A stretch of DNA of 64,000 nucleotides, taken from NCBI GenBank assembly GCA_023436305.1, contig JAEZJQ010000016.1, positions 8,536 to 72,535 on the forward strand, written 5' to 3'. The notes below the pieces were generated by a model. It had not been told where the DNA came from. It saw only the letters and a program-made list of their open reading frames with translations, and did not search any database. Origin of the DNA: Bacillota bacterium. Its GTDB lineage: Bacteria; Bacillota; UBA4882; UBA8346. The position numbers and the translations under genes were made by a program. This document shows positions 1 through 10,451 of the stretch, one piece after another (positions within the stretch are counted from its first letter, which is position 1; each line of letters starts with the position of its first letter).

Positions 1-1571
1 GCGTTGCCGATATCGCCGTCGGTGGGGAACCGGATATAATCGAACTGAATCTCATCGATTCCAAACGACTGCAACTCTTCGGCAATGGCCAGGTTGTAAT
101 CCCACACTTCGCTGCAAAACGGATCGACCCAATATTCCTTAGTGGACCAGGGCTTGTCAGCCGTCCGGTTCCATACGGCGTATTTGTATTTTTGGAAACG
201 GTGCAGCCGCGGGTCTTGAAATACCACCACCCGGGCAATGACGTATATGCCGTTTTCTTTTGCTTTTTGGATGAATTTCCCTATTTTAATGTTGGCCCGG
301 ACCGCACCCGCTTCATGAGGCGTCGACAGTTTTGTGTCATAGGTGACGTAGCCGGAATCATCCTTAAAATCAACCACAATGGAATTAAATCCGTATTTTT
401 TTAGAAATTTGAGATGAGTGTCGAATTTTTGGCCCGACACACTATCGGAGCGCAAATAAATCCCGTATTTGCCGGAAGCCCGGCTTAACCGTTCCAATTT
501 GGCCTGATCCGGCTGAAATGTTTTCACCACCATATCCAGATTGCGGGCCACCGGGGTGATCCGATTCGAGTTCAGCACCCCCAAACGGATGCCATTGCCG
601 GTTCCCATCTCCAGCAGCCAGGATTGATTGCTTTCAAGAATGTTCCCTTTGGTAAAAAACAACTGGTTGCACACCTTATCAAAATCAATAGCATTTGCAG
701 TGTTGGTTTCCGCATTATCGCCGGCAGCGCCTTCAACGGGATCATTTTGGCTGACAGCGGCGACATCCACGGGAGTTACCCCTTTCCGATCCTTGGGCAA
801 CAGATATAGGCCGTTTCCAAAGCCGCAAGAAAATAAAATGGTGTCCGGTTCCTGGGGAAGATAGGTCAGTGCGGCGATCTCTTCCCAAAATCCGGCCCCC
901 TGATAGAGAAACCGTAAATTTTCGGAGATATTCCGCCAGGTTCGTCCCCGGTCCCGGGTCTCATAAATTCCGGCAAACGACGTTCCGACGGCCAGGATGT
1001 TTTGATCATGGGGTGATAAAGCAACCGCAGTTAAATAAAGACTTTGGTTGGGACTTTTAAAAGGTAGCCGCTCCCAGGTGGCGCCGGAGTCTTCCGATAT
1101 AAAAAGCGAGGAAGACGTAGTCACCGCCACTCTTTGGGGATTGAGCGAATCCACCCCGAAAGCGGAAATTACCCTGACCTTCGGCTGGGTAAATGGGTAT
1201 ACCGATTTGGTGGGCAGGCCTTCGTTCCTGGCAGACCAGGTTTTCCCGGAATCGGCGGAAAATAAAAAACCATGCTCTCGGGATATACCGTAACCAAGCC
1301 CGGTATCCGTTTTCACCGCTTGTTCCGGCAGTACCGCATCCGGGTTGTTGGATGGAAGAACCATGGCGTTACCACTTTCCATATCCGCAAAGCCAATAAT
1401 CCCCATGGAAAAAGTAAACAATAAAATTAACGCGAAGCCAAACACTACTTTAACAATAGGCCGACAATATCCCCCATCCGTAGAAGCGTATGGCCTTTTT
1501 AAAAAGTAATCCCGTAAACTAACGCCAAATCCATTGATCTTTAAAACCAGTTTTTTAACAACTCGAACCAT
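1..1571 (-). CDS. Membrane-anchored BNR-repeat / DUF4015-like putative glycoside hydrolase (3' end runs off the window)
   Basis: Absent from the ORF track because no stop lies inside the window. My minus-strand translation from ATG 1571..1569 stays open to position 3 (523 codons): MVRVVKKLVLK... It has one TM segment (VVFGFALILLFTFSMGII) and three SxDxGxTW-type BNR motifs (SADSGKTW, SEDSGATW, TRDRGRTW). It then reads FNSIVVDFKDDSGYVTYDT...EYWVDPF...IQFDYIRFP, typical of the DUF4015/GHL TIM-barrel family. Confidence 0.75.
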   Translation of the reverse strand, partial: MVRVVKKLVLKINGFGVSLRDYFLKRPYASTDGGYCRPIVKVVFGFALILLFTFSMGIIGFADMESGNAMVLPSNNPDAVLPEQAVKTDTGLGYGISREHGFLFSADSGKTWSARNEGLPTKSVYPFTQPKVRVISAFGVDSLNPQRVAVTTSSSLFISEDSGATWERLPFKSPNQSLYLTAVALSPHDQNILAVGTSFAGIYETRDRGRTWRNISENLRFLYQGAGFWEEIAALTYLPQEPDTILFSCGFGNGLYLLPKDRKGVTPVDVAAVSQNDPVEGAAGDNAETNTANAIDFDKVCNQLFFTKGNILESNQSWLLEMGTGNGIRLGVLNSNRITPVARNLDMVVKTFQPDQAKLERLSRASGKYGIYLRSDSVSGQKFDTHLKFLKKYGFNSIVVDFKDDSGYVTYDTKLSTPHEAGAVRANIKIGKFIQKAKENGIYVIARVVVFQDPRLHRFQKYKYAVWNRTADKPWSTKEYWVDPFCSEVWDYNLAIAEELQSFGIDEIQFDYIRFPTDGDIGN

Positions 1572-1638
1572 ATCGTAACCTCAATCCGTGATGTATTAAA
1601 GGGAAATACTGCAAAAATAACAGATTTTTTACATGCTT

Positions 1639-2160
1639 TTAATCGTCATCATAATGAACCAGGCTTAAGATATCATATCCGCCAAGCTTTTCCCGGCCTT
1701 TTAAGATATCCAGTTCCACAATAAACGCAATACCTACAATTTCTCCCTTAAGCTGTTTTACCAATTGCGCCGTGGCGGATATGGTTCCCCCCGTCGCCAG
1801 TAAATCATCCACAATCAGGACTTTCTGGCCGGGTTGAATAGCGTCCAAATGAATCTCCAAAGTATCCTCGCCGTATTCCAAAGCATAAGAAGCTCTAGCC
1901 ACCGCTGCCGGAAGCTTACCGGGCTTACGGACCGGAACAAACCCGCAACCCAACTTGTAGGCTAACGGAGCCCCCAAAATGAAACCCCGGGATTCGGCGC
2001 CCACAATAATATCCGGGCGCTTATCTTTAAAATAAGCCGCAAATTCATCAATTACCTGGCGCAAGGCCGCGCCGTTCTTAAGTAAAGTCGTGATGTCCTT
2101 GAAGCTGATTCCCGGTTTTGGGAAATCAGGCACTTCCCGAATTGTTGATTTTAAATCCAT
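1639..2160 (-). CDS. apt: Adenine phosphoribosyltransferase
   Basis: [27 protein letters not shown]... with PRPP motif [13 protein letters not shown]. Start moved from 2178 to ATG 2160, which follows an AAAGGGGA RBS. Confidence 0.93.
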   Translation of the reverse strand: MDLKSTIREVPDFPKPGISFKDITTLLKNGAALRQVIDEFAAYFKDKRPDIIVGAESRGFILGAPLAYKLGCGFVPVRKPGKLPAAVARASYALEYGEDTLEIHLDAIQPGQKVLIVDDLLATGGTISATAQLVKQLKGEIVGIAFIVELDILKGREKLGGYDILSLVHYDDD

Positions 2161-2180
2161 CGGCCAATCCCCTTTCATTA

Positions 2181-3563
2181 TTAATCACGTAAAGAATCCA
2201 CCCACGTTCGGGCCCTTTCCAATTGCAGTTTCACTTGATCAAAAGCCGTTCCCCCAAAAGAAGTCCGCGCTCCAACCACATGGGCCATATCCAGCGCCTC
2301 AAATACATCCTGAGCAATCAAATTTGAAGCCGCCTTAAATTCGGCCAAAGTGAGCTCTTCCAGACGTATCCCCCGGTCAATGCATTCTTTAACCAATTTA
2401 CCGGAGACTTCATGGGCCAACCGGAACGGTAATCCCTTCTTCGCCAAATAATCGGCCAAATCAGTGGCGTTCAAGTAACCGTCTTTGGTGGCATCCAGCA
2501 TTTTATCCCGCCGGAAGGAAAGGGTCTCAAGCATAGGGATGAAGATTTGCAAACAGCCCTTCACCGTATCAACGGCATCAAACAAGGTCTCCTTATCTTC
2601 CTGCATATCCTTGTTATAAGCCAGCGGCAATCCTTTCATAACAGTTAATATGCCAATCAAATCACCGTAAACTCTCCCAGTCTTACCCCGAATCAACTCG
2701 GCCACATCCGGATTCTTTTTTTGGGGCATGATACTGGACCCGGTGCTATAAGCATCATCCATTTCCACGAAACCAAACTCCATGGATGACCAGAGCACCA
2801 ATTCCTCGCACCAGCGCGACAGGTGCATCATGATCAGCGAGGCATCAAAGATAAACTCCGCCACAAAATCCCGATCACTGACCGCATCCAGACTGTTGGA
2901 CGCTACCATGGGGACATCAAGTTCTTTCGCCACTTGTTGCCGGTCAATGGGAAAACCGGTTCCCGCCAGCGCCCCGGCGCCCAAAGGAGAAACGGACACT
3001 CTTTTTAGGCAATCCTCCAGCCGCTCGTAATCCCGGCAGAACATTTCGAAATAGGCCAGCCAATGATGGCCCAGCAAAACCGGCTGAGCACGTTGCAGAT
3101 GGGTGTAGCCGGGTAGAATTGTTTCTTTTTCCCGTTCGGCGATGACGAGCAATACTTGAAACAGATTCACCAACAACCGCTTTATATCATTAATTTCCTT
3201 GCGTAAGTAAAGCCGGCCATCCAGGGCCACCTGGTCGTTGCGGCTCCGGGCGGTATGCAATTTGTTGCCCAAAACGCCGATCTCTTGAACCAGCAGCTTC
3301 TCCACATTCATATGAATATCTTCGGCGCCGGGTTCCCAGGTTACTTGTCCGGAATTGACTTTTTCAAGAATCTTCGTTAAACCGCCGATGATGGTCTCCG
3401 CTTCTTGTTTGGAAACGATCCCGGTATCGCCCAGCATTCTGGCGTGGGCTATACTGCCCCGGATATCCTCTCCGGCCAACCGGCAGTCGAAATGGATCGA
3501 AGAATGAAAATCATCCATTAACGACGCCGTATCTTTTTGAAACCGTCCTCCCCAAGCTTTCAT
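2181..3563 (-). CDS. argH: Argininosuccinate lyase
   Basis: [12 protein letters not shown]..., [12 protein letters not shown] fumarate-lyase signature, 460 aa. Confidence 0.95.
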   Translation of the reverse strand: MKAWGGRFQKDTASLMDDFHSSIHFDCRLAGEDIRGSIAHARMLGDTGIVSKQEAETIIGGLTKILEKVNSGQVTWEPGAEDIHMNVEKLLVQEIGVLGNKLHTARSRNDQVALDGRLYLRKEINDIKRLLVNLFQVLLVIAEREKETILPGYTHLQRAQPVLLGHHWLAYFEMFCRDYERLEDCLKRVSVSPLGAGALAGTGFPIDRQQVAKELDVPMVASNSLDAVSDRDFVAEFIFDASLIMMHLSRWCEELVLWSSMEFGFVEMDDAYSTGSSIMPQKKNPDVAELIRGKTGRVYGDLIGILTVMKGLPLAYNKDMQEDKETLFDAVDTVKGCLQIFIPMLETLSFRRDKMLDATKDGYLNATDLADYLAKKGLPFRLAHEVSGKLVKECIDRGIRLEELTLAEFKAASNLIAQDVFEALDMAHVVGARTSFGGTAFDQVKLQLERARTWVDSLRD

Positions 3564-3674
3564 GAACCATCCCTCCGGTGGTTATTAAAATGTGACCGAC
3601 AACAAAGAGAAAATATTCCACAAAAATAAGGAAAACCCTTTTTTCGCCAAGGAAAATCCATGTATACAGTAAGA

Positions 3675-3700
3675 CAAAAAGCCCCCGCAGTTATGCGGAG
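3675..3700 (-). terminator. Rho-independent terminator after paaK
   Basis: Minus strand reads CTCCGCA-TAAC-TGCGGGG (7-bp stem including one G-U pair) followed by CTTTTTGTC, about 85 nt after the paaK stop. Confidence 0.6.
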
Positions 3701-3785
3701 ACTCCTAATTTTCCACGAACCTTCCGTCTTGTATAGCTTAAGACCAGGAATGAGGCTCATATTGTCATCTTCAATTATTTTAAGT

Positions 3786-5093
3786 TTACAGATCCCGTTC
3801 ATCCATTACCCGCTTGGACTTCTTCTCACTGCGCGGCAATGTCCCTATGGGCACCACTTCCACTTCAATTTGAATGCCAATCCGTTTCTTAAAGTTATGA
3901 ATAACGGCTTCTTGTAACTTCCCGAAATCCGCTCCGCTTTCCCCTTCCACCCGGAGCAACATATGATCGCGGGCTTCCACCTTGGTCAGTTTTACCTGAT
4001 ACTCACTACTGGCGCCCTTCGTCTCCTTAAGCATATCCTCGATCTGTCCGGGATAGATATTTACGGCCTTCACCTTGATCATGTCGTCACTGCGTCCCAA
4101 AATACGGTCGATACGCGGATAAATACTGCCGCAGGGACAGGTTCCGGGGATAATCCGGGTCAAATCCCGGGTACGATAGCGAATTAACGGCGCGCCTTCC
4201 TTGGTTAATGTAGTGATCACCAGTTCACCCAGTTCCCCATCGGGCAAAACCTCTCCGGTCAAAGGATTAATAATCTCAAAATACAGGAAATCGGACCAAT
4301 AATGAATTCCCTGGTGAAATTTACAGTCAATGCCGATTCCCGGCCCATATATCTCAGTTAAACCATAAATATCATAAGTTTCAATTCCCAGTTCATCCTC
4401 GATCCGGGCCCGCAACTTATCTCCCCAGCGTTCTGAACCCATAATTCCTGTTTTAAGATGGATTTTATCTTTAAGATTCCGCCGGTTCACTTCCTCCGCC
4501 AGCAGCAAAGCATACGAAGATGTGCTGCACAGCACGGTGGATTTCAGATCAGTCATCATCTGTAACTGTTTGTCCGTATTCCCAGGCCCCATGGGAATAG
4601 CCATGGCCCCCAAGTACTCCACACCCGCCTGAAACCCGATCCCCGCGGTCCATAACCCATATCCCGGTGTAATCTGGACCCGATCCTCTTTAGTCAACCC
4701 GGCGAAAACATAGCAACGGGCGAACATCAGCGCCCAATCCGCCACATCCTTTTTGGTATACGGAATAATTATCGGCTGCCCGGTGGTTCCCGAAGAAGAA
4801 TGGATACGCACCACATCCTGATCCGGCACAGCCTGTAACCCCAGTGGATACGCTTCCCGCAACTCCTCTTTGGTGGTAAACGGCAACTTCGCCAGATCAT
4901 CCAGCGTCCGGAAAGATTCCGGCTGAAACCCCGCCGCTTCCAATTTACGGCAGTAAAAAGAGTTTTGATACCCAAATACCCTTTCCAACAACCGTTTTAT
5001 CGAATTAAACCAAAATACCGTCGTATCCGCGCTCGTTAACCGGGAATACATTGCGTCATGAAAGTCTTCGTATTCCGGATGTTTGCTAATCAT
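3786..5093 (-). CDS. paaK: Phenylacetate-CoA ligase family (aryl-acetate / indoleacetate-CoA ligase)
   Basis: AMP-binding core SSGTTGQPIIIPYTKKD, YGLTE, 435 aa, typical PaaK length and N-terminus. Confidence 0.85.
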   Translation of the reverse strand: MISKHPEYEDFHDAMYSRLTSADTTVFWFNSIKRLLERVFGYQNSFYCRKLEAAGFQPESFRTLDDLAKLPFTTKEELREAYPLGLQAVPDQDVVRIHSSSGTTGQPIIIPYTKKDVADWALMFARCYVFAGLTKEDRVQITPGYGLWTAGIGFQAGVEYLGAMAIPMGPGNTDKQLQMMTDLKSTVLCSTSSYALLLAEEVNRRNLKDKIHLKTGIMGSERWGDKLRARIEDELGIETYDIYGLTEIYGPGIGIDCKFHQGIHYWSDFLYFEIINPLTGEVLPDGELGELVITTLTKEGAPLIRYRTRDLTRIIPGTCPCGSIYPRIDRILGRSDDMIKVKAVNIYPGQIEDMLKETKGASSEYQVKLTKVEARDHMLLRVEGESGADFGKLQEAVIHNFKKRIGIQIEVEVVPIGTLPRSEKKSKRVMDERDL

Positions 5094-5210
5094 TGTCGTT
5101 CCCCCTAATGAAGGGTAAAAGGTGAAATTAGAAGTTTCGGCCTTTACTCTTCACGTTTTATTTGGCCATCATATCTTTAATCCTAATTTTCACCCTTCAC
5201 ACTTCAAATT

Positions 5211-5801
5211 TCAAACTTTTATTTCCCTTCCCAGCTCAAAAGCTTTTTCGTTAACAGCTCTGGCCCGTTCAGGCACCATATCCAGCAAAACGGCTTTTAT
5301 TTCGTCCGCTGTTACCGGAAGCAATCCGGTGCTCGCCAGAGCTCCAAGCATGACGGAATTGACGGTCCGGTAATTTCCGGCGACGGTTGCCAATTCAAAA
5401 GCATTAATAAACATCATTTGTACCGGTAACGCGCATAGATATTTTTTGATATCATCCAGCGGGTAAGCCGAAGTTCCCAAAGCTACTGTGACAGGGCGAA
5501 TGGGGTGGATATTCACCAGTCCGATCCCGGATGATTTAATGAGCCCGCAAGCTCTTTGCGCTTCCGCCGGTTCGAAACCCAACAAGATATCGGCGCCCTG
5601 ATTCCCTATCAGCGGTCCGAAGTCCTTGGCCCCGATCCGGACATGGCTCTGTACCGAGCCTTCCCGTTGCGCCATTCCAATAGTTTCAGCCGTCCGAACC
5701 GTCAATCCGGCGTTTAAAGCCGCCTGTCCCAGCACCCGCGACGCTAGAACCGTACCTTGCCCGCCAACACCGGCAATCAAGATATCCATTTTTTCAAACA
5801 C
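5211..5801 (-). CDS. iorB: Indolepyruvate:ferredoxin oxidoreductase, beta subunit
   Basis: ILIAGVGGQGTVLASRVLG... pyruvate/ketoisovalerate oxidoreductase gamma-type fold, 196 aa, directly downstream of iorA. Confidence 0.88.
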   Translation of the reverse strand: MFEKMDILIAGVGGQGTVLASRVLGQAALNAGLTVRTAETIGMAQREGSVQSHVRIGAKDFGPLIGNQGADILLGFEPAEAQRACGLIKSSGIGLVNIHPIRPVTVALGTSAYPLDDIKKYLCALPVQMMFINAFELATVAGNYRTVNSVMLGALASTGLLPVTADEIKAVLLDMVPERARAVNEKAFELGREIKV

Positions 5802-5982
5802 CGATAATAGCCCTCCAATTTAAAATCAATTACAAGTTATTCAGTTACAAGTCACGAGTAACCACAAGTTATTGAGTTACGAGTTACAATTTTTAGTCAA
5901 AAAGATTCGTTCAAGATATTCTATGATTTCATCGTTACGATCGTCATTCAAGCTTTCCATTTCAAACTTCATACTTCAAACC

Positions 5983-7791
5983 TCAAACTTCCGTAATCGC
6001 GCCCTTCGGGCAGATGTAGCCACATAGCCCACAGCCGTGACAGGCCGGGCTAATCTGAATTCCGTCTTGTTCCCCGGTTTCACGGTAAAAGGCCGGGCAA
6101 CCCAGTTCCCGGAGGCAGAGGCCGCAATTGGAACATAACTCGCGGTCAATCCGGAAGCGCCGCGATGGGCGAAAAGTATTGGCACAAGGTGTCCGCATGA
6201 CGACAGCCGCTACTCCGGGGAATTCCAAAGCCCGTCGTACCACGGACTCCGCCGCCTTTAATTCGAGAGGATTGACCGTTTCCACGAATTGTACTCCACA
6301 GGCTTTCAAAATGGCCACCAAATCAATGGCCGTTCCAATATCTCCATTGGCGCATTTGCCGATGCCCGGGTGAGGCTGATGTCCGGTCATGGCGGTGGTA
6401 CTATTATCAAGGATTATCATCTTGATGGGATGCCGATTATATACAGCGTTAATCACCCCGGGAATCCCGGTATGAAAAAACGTCGAATCTCCGATAAAGG
6501 CAATCACCGGACGCTCCGGTTCGGTTCGTAACAACCCTTGGGCAATGGTCAGACCGGCGCCCATGCATAGGCAGGTGTCCACCATAGCCAAAGGCGGAGC
6601 ATTTCCCAATGTATAACAGCCGATATCACCGGTGTAAATTGCATTCCGCCCTTTGGTGGCCTTTTTCACGGCATAAAAGGAAGCCCGATGAGAACAACCG
6701 GCGCATAAAACCGGAGGGCGAACCGGCAATTCCGGAACTTTACCTTCGCTAACAGCCGGAACCCCATCGGCAACCCCCGAAATCTTCGCCAAAACACCAG
6801 CCAGTAATCCGGCGCTATACTCCCCGGCCCGTGGCAGTTCACCGGAATGTTTGCCGTGAATTCTGCCCCGGAAACCAACTTGTCCGGCCACCGTGATCAA
6901 TCCGTCTTCCAATACCGGATCAAGTTCCTCAATCACCACCACTTCTTCCACCTGGTTTAAGAAATCCCGGGCTATCGAAACCGGAAACGGGTGAGGATTT
7001 CCAATCTTCAAAACGGTGGGTTTAATTCCTAAAACCGCCGCCGCTTCCTGGGCATATAACGCCGCAACTCCGCCCGTTACAATGCCCAGTTTGGTTCCGG
7101 TTTGAATCCGGTTCCAGTGACTAGCGCTAAATTCTTGGGCTAATTTTATCTGTTGCTCTTCGAGCCATTGGTGTTTAAGGAAAGAAAGGCGGGGAAAGAT
7201 CACCCACTTGGAGTCCTTCACGAATCCATCCGGTTTGTGAACCGGGACTTCCGAATATTCGATCCCGGCGGTGGCATGGCAGACCCGGGTCGTGGGCCGT
7301 AAGAAAACCGGGATACCGTAACGATGGGATAATTCGAATGCATCCTTGACCATTGCTATAGCTTCTTCGGGTGAGGAAGGATCAAAAACCGGTAATTTGG
7401 CAAATTTGGCAAATGATCGGGTATCCTGTTCGGTTTGGGAAGAATGAGGCCCGGGATCATCGGCCACCGCTACCACTAAAGCGCCTTTAACACCGATATA
7501 TGCCAAGCTCATCAGCGGATCGCTCGCCACATTCAAGCCAACCTGCTTCATGGCCACCAGACTGTATGCCCCGGAATAAGCCGCCCCGGCCGCCACTTCC
7601 ATGGCCACCTTTTCATTCACCGACCATTCCACATAATAATCAAACTCGGAAACGTGTTCGTCGGACCATTCCGCCAGCGTCCCGATAATCTCCGATGAAG
7701 GGGTTCCGGGATACGCAGCCGCGAAATTCAATCCGGCCTCAACCGCCCCCCGGGCGATAGCTTCATTTCCCATTAATAGTTTTTTGATCAA
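5983..7791 (-). CDS. iorA: Indolepyruvate:ferredoxin oxidoreductase, alpha subunit
   Basis: 602 aa. N-terminus LMGNEAIARGAVEAG, TPP-binding GDIGCYTLG...GDSTFFHTG, C-terminal 2x[4Fe-4S] CxxCxxC...CxxCxxCxxxCP. Confidence 0.9.
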   Translation of the reverse strand: MIKKLLMGNEAIARGAVEAGLNFAAAYPGTPSSEIIGTLAEWSDEHVSEFDYYVEWSVNEKVAMEVAAGAAYSGAYSLVAMKQVGLNVASDPLMSLAYIGVKGALVVAVADDPGPHSSQTEQDTRSFAKFAKLPVFDPSSPEEAIAMVKDAFELSHRYGIPVFLRPTTRVCHATAGIEYSEVPVHKPDGFVKDSKWVIFPRLSFLKHQWLEEQQIKLAQEFSASHWNRIQTGTKLGIVTGGVAALYAQEAAAVLGIKPTVLKIGNPHPFPVSIARDFLNQVEEVVVIEELDPVLEDGLITVAGQVGFRGRIHGKHSGELPRAGEYSAGLLAGVLAKISGVADGVPAVSEGKVPELPVRPPVLCAGCSHRASFYAVKKATKGRNAIYTGDIGCYTLGNAPPLAMVDTCLCMGAGLTIAQGLLRTEPERPVIAFIGDSTFFHTGIPGVINAVYNRHPIKMIILDNSTTAMTGHQPHPGIGKCANGDIGTAIDLVAILKACGVQFVETVNPLELKAAESVVRRALEFPGVAAVVMRTPCANTFRPSRRFRIDRELCSNCGLCLRELGCPAFYRETGEQDGIQISPACHGCGLCGYICPKGAITEV

Positions 7792-7843
7792 CGAAAGTCA
7801 CCTCAAAAAATAATGCATTATTTGTCAGACATTCGAGAATAAC

Positions 7844-8635
7844 TCATACCGCCCATCCCAGCAACCGAAACGAAACCGCCGCCAAAACCAAAATAACACA
7901 ACCAGCGCCGGCAAAATAATCAGCCGGGCCAAAGTTCAACCGGCGCAAATAAGTCCGGGGGCCCAGGCCATAACCCCGGGTTTCCATAGCTATGGCCAAA
8001 CGTTCCGCTTTTTTTAAGGCAATAATCACCAGAGGAGTTATCAAAGGCAAATACGCTTTCACCTGTTTGACCGGGTTTTTGGAAGTCATTTCAAATGCCC
8101 GCGTTTTTTGAGCTTGCAAGATGTTTTCAATTTCCACAAAAAGCGTGGGAATGAAACGCAATGAAGTGACAAACATTAACGCGTATTGATAAGGAACTTT
8201 TAAGCGTTCGACTATCACCATTACCAAATCCCGCGATTGGGTCGTTGCCATTATCAAAGGCAACGAAAGCCCAAACACCGACATTCTGGCCACCATAACC
8301 AGCCCAATCATTAAACTATCGCGGTTAATGACCCCCAGCCAACCCAATACGGGAATATTCCTTGGAATATAACGTAACAATTCAGGACCGTCATGGGAAA
8401 ATAAAAGTTGCAAAACCATCATAAATAATCCGGCAAAAAACAACAAACGGCAATACGCCCAAAAAATAGTCGTCGCTTTGGCCAAACGGAATAACAGATA
8501 AATCAACCCAATCACGGCCATTAAAATAAATAAATTAGAAAAGACGATCCCCAGGCAAAAAAAGCAACATAACCCGATAAGTTTGGTCATCGGATGGAAA
8601 CGGTGGATCGGTGAATTCGTCGCCAAATATTCCAT
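7844..8635 (-). CDS. ecfT: ECF transporter transmembrane (T) component
   Basis: 263 aa polytopic protein of CbiQ/EcfT type (HPMTKLIGL..., ARxxA...ETRGY coupling helices), downstream of two EcfA ATPases. Confidence 0.85.
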   Translation of the reverse strand: MEYLATNSPIHRFHPMTKLIGLCCFFCLGIVFSNLFILMAVIGLIYLLFRLAKATTIFWAYCRLLFFAGLFMMVLQLLFSHDGPELLRYIPRNIPVLGWLGVINRDSLMIGLVMVARMSVFGLSLPLIMATTQSRDLVMVIVERLKVPYQYALMFVTSLRFIPTLFVEIENILQAQKTRAFEMTSKNPVKQVKAYLPLITPLVIIALKKAERLAIAMETRGYGLGPRTYLRRLNFGPADYFAGAGCVILVLAAVSFRLLGWAV

Positions 8636-8652
8636 AAAAACACCTCATTAAA

Positions 8653-9504
8653 TCATACGGCTTCGAGTGATTCTTGAATTGTATGACCTTTTAACCGGAA
8701 AACTTCCAGTAATTCATCAACACTGATAATATCACCGGGTATGTTATAATTGCCGAGCAGTTGCGCCAAGCGCGTAATTTGCGGCGGTTTTAGATGCGTT
8801 TCAGCCAACAGGGCATCTTGTGATAATACCTCACGAGGTGTTCCGTCCGCTAATATCTCACCTTTTCCCATCAGAATAACCCGTTTTGCATACAAAGCCA
8901 CCAACTCCATATCATGAGTGATGAAAATAATCGTATGCCCCCGATGGTTTAAAGCCGCCACCAAATCCATGATCTGAATCGCTTCGTGATAATCCTGCCC
9001 GGTGGTAGGCTCATCCAAAATTAAAATCTCTGGCTCCATGGCCAATACCGAAGCCAGCGCCACTCGTTGCCGTTGCCCCTTGCTTAAGGATAATGGCGAC
9101 TCCGCCCGCAAATGTTTAATTCCCACTTTCTCCATGGCTGTCTCAGTCCGATGCCCGATTTCTTCCGGTGTTAGTTTTAAGTTACCAGGGCCAAATGCCA
9201 CTTCTTTTTCCACGCTACTTAAAAATAACTGATGATCCGGGTTTTGAAACACATAACCTACTTTTTGAGCAAGTTGGGCAATGGATTGCTCACTGGTATC
9301 CCGGCCGTTAATCAAAATACTGCCGGACTCGGGCCGTAATAACCCGATTAAATGTTTTACCAAGGTCGTTTTACCGGCCCCATTTTGCCCGATAACCGCC
9401 AAAAAATCTCCCTTTTTAATCTCCAGATTGATTCCATTAAGAGCTATCTTTTCATTACCGTAACGTTGCGTTAATTCATTAATTTTAATAATATTCACAG
9501 CCAT
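8653..9504 (-). CDS. ecfA2: ECF transporter ATPase EcfA2
   Basis: Walker A GQNGAGKTT, signature LSKGQRQRV, Walker B ILILDEPT, C-terminal ECF-type extension. Confidence 0.88.
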   Translation of the reverse strand: MAVNIIKINELTQRYGNEKIALNGINLEIKKGDFLAVIGQNGAGKTTLVKHLIGLLRPESGSILINGRDTSEQSIAQLAQKVGYVFQNPDHQLFLSSVEKEVAFGPGNLKLTPEEIGHRTETAMEKVGIKHLRAESPLSLSKGQRQRVALASVLAMEPEILILDEPTTGQDYHEAIQIMDLVAALNHRGHTIIFITHDMELVALYAKRVILMGKGEILADGTPREVLSQDALLAETHLKPPQITRLAQLLGNYNIPGDIISVDELLEVFRLKGHTIQESLEAV

Positions 9505-9506
9505 CT

Positions 9507-10379
9507 CTACTCATCATCCTCGCCTTTTAGGAGAACCTCCAACTGTTCATGGGCTTTATCCAGCGTCACCGGGAGTTCTCCCTCATTCTCATGAAACAAT
9601 CCCAATTTCCCAAAAAATTCAGTAACTTGAGGCGGTTTTAATCCAAGAGATTGAATCTTCCGCCATTCTTTAAAAATTTTTACCGGTTCATCATTCATCA
9701 CGATTTGGCCGTTTTCCATAATCAGCAACCGGTCGCAAAAACGGGCCAAGTGTTCCATTTTATGTTCAATGATGATGATTGTAACCCCGAATTCCGCATT
9801 TAATTTTTCTAAAACCGCAAATACTTCGTCGGTGCCCACCGGGTCTAATTCCGCGGTAGGTTCATCCAGGACAATAATTTCCGGCCGCATGGCCAAAACC
9901 GCCGCGATTGCTACTCTTTGTTTTTGCCCGCCGGATAACGACTCGATGGTGGCATGCCGCAAGTGCTCTATCCCTACTGATTTTAAGGCGAATTCTATCC
10001 GAAACAAAATTTCCTCCGGAGCCACTGCTTGATTCTCCGGTCCAAAAGCCAGTTCTTCCTCAACACTCGCCGAAACCAACTGCGATTCGGGATCTTGAAA
10101 CACTGAACCCACCCATCGGGAAATCTCCTGGCCGGAAAGATCGAAAACGGATTGCCCTTTTATGGATACATCTCCACAATAAGTTCCTTCGAGAAAATAA
10201 GGAATAATGCCATTTATGCAATACGATAAAGTTGTCTTCCCGGCGCCCGTTGAACCGGTGATACCGATAAATTCTCCTTTACCGACCGAAAGCTGAATTG
10301 AGTGAAGCGCCGGTTTATTGGAACCGTTATAAGTGAAACTTAGATCCTTGATTTCGATAATTCCATCCCGGTTCAACAT
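9507..10379 (-). CDS. ecfA1: ECF transporter ATPase EcfA1
   Basis: Walker A GSTGAGKTT, LSGGQKQRV, IIVLDEPT. Start moved to ATG 10379 (MLNRDGIIEIKDLSF); the track start at 10430 is a TTG with an implausible Cys-rich extension. Confidence 0.85.
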   Translation of the reverse strand: MLNRDGIIEIKDLSFTYNGSNKPALHSIQLSVGKGEFIGITGSTGAGKTTLSYCINGIIPYFLEGTYCGDVSIKGQSVFDLSGQEISRWVGSVFQDPESQLVSASVEEELAFGPENQAVAPEEILFRIEFALKSVGIEHLRHATIESLSGGQKQRVAIAAVLAMRPEIIVLDEPTAELDPVGTDEVFAVLEKLNAEFGVTIIIIEHKMEHLARFCDRLLIMENGQIVMNDEPVKIFKEWRKIQSLGLKPPQVTEFFGKLGLFHENEGELPVTLDKAHEQLEVLLKGEDDE

Positions 10380-10451
10380 ACTCAAAATGAAAACCTCCAC
10401 CAAATGGAGGCGGCAGCAGTTTTTCCACAAAAACCACCGCCGTCCCGTGAT

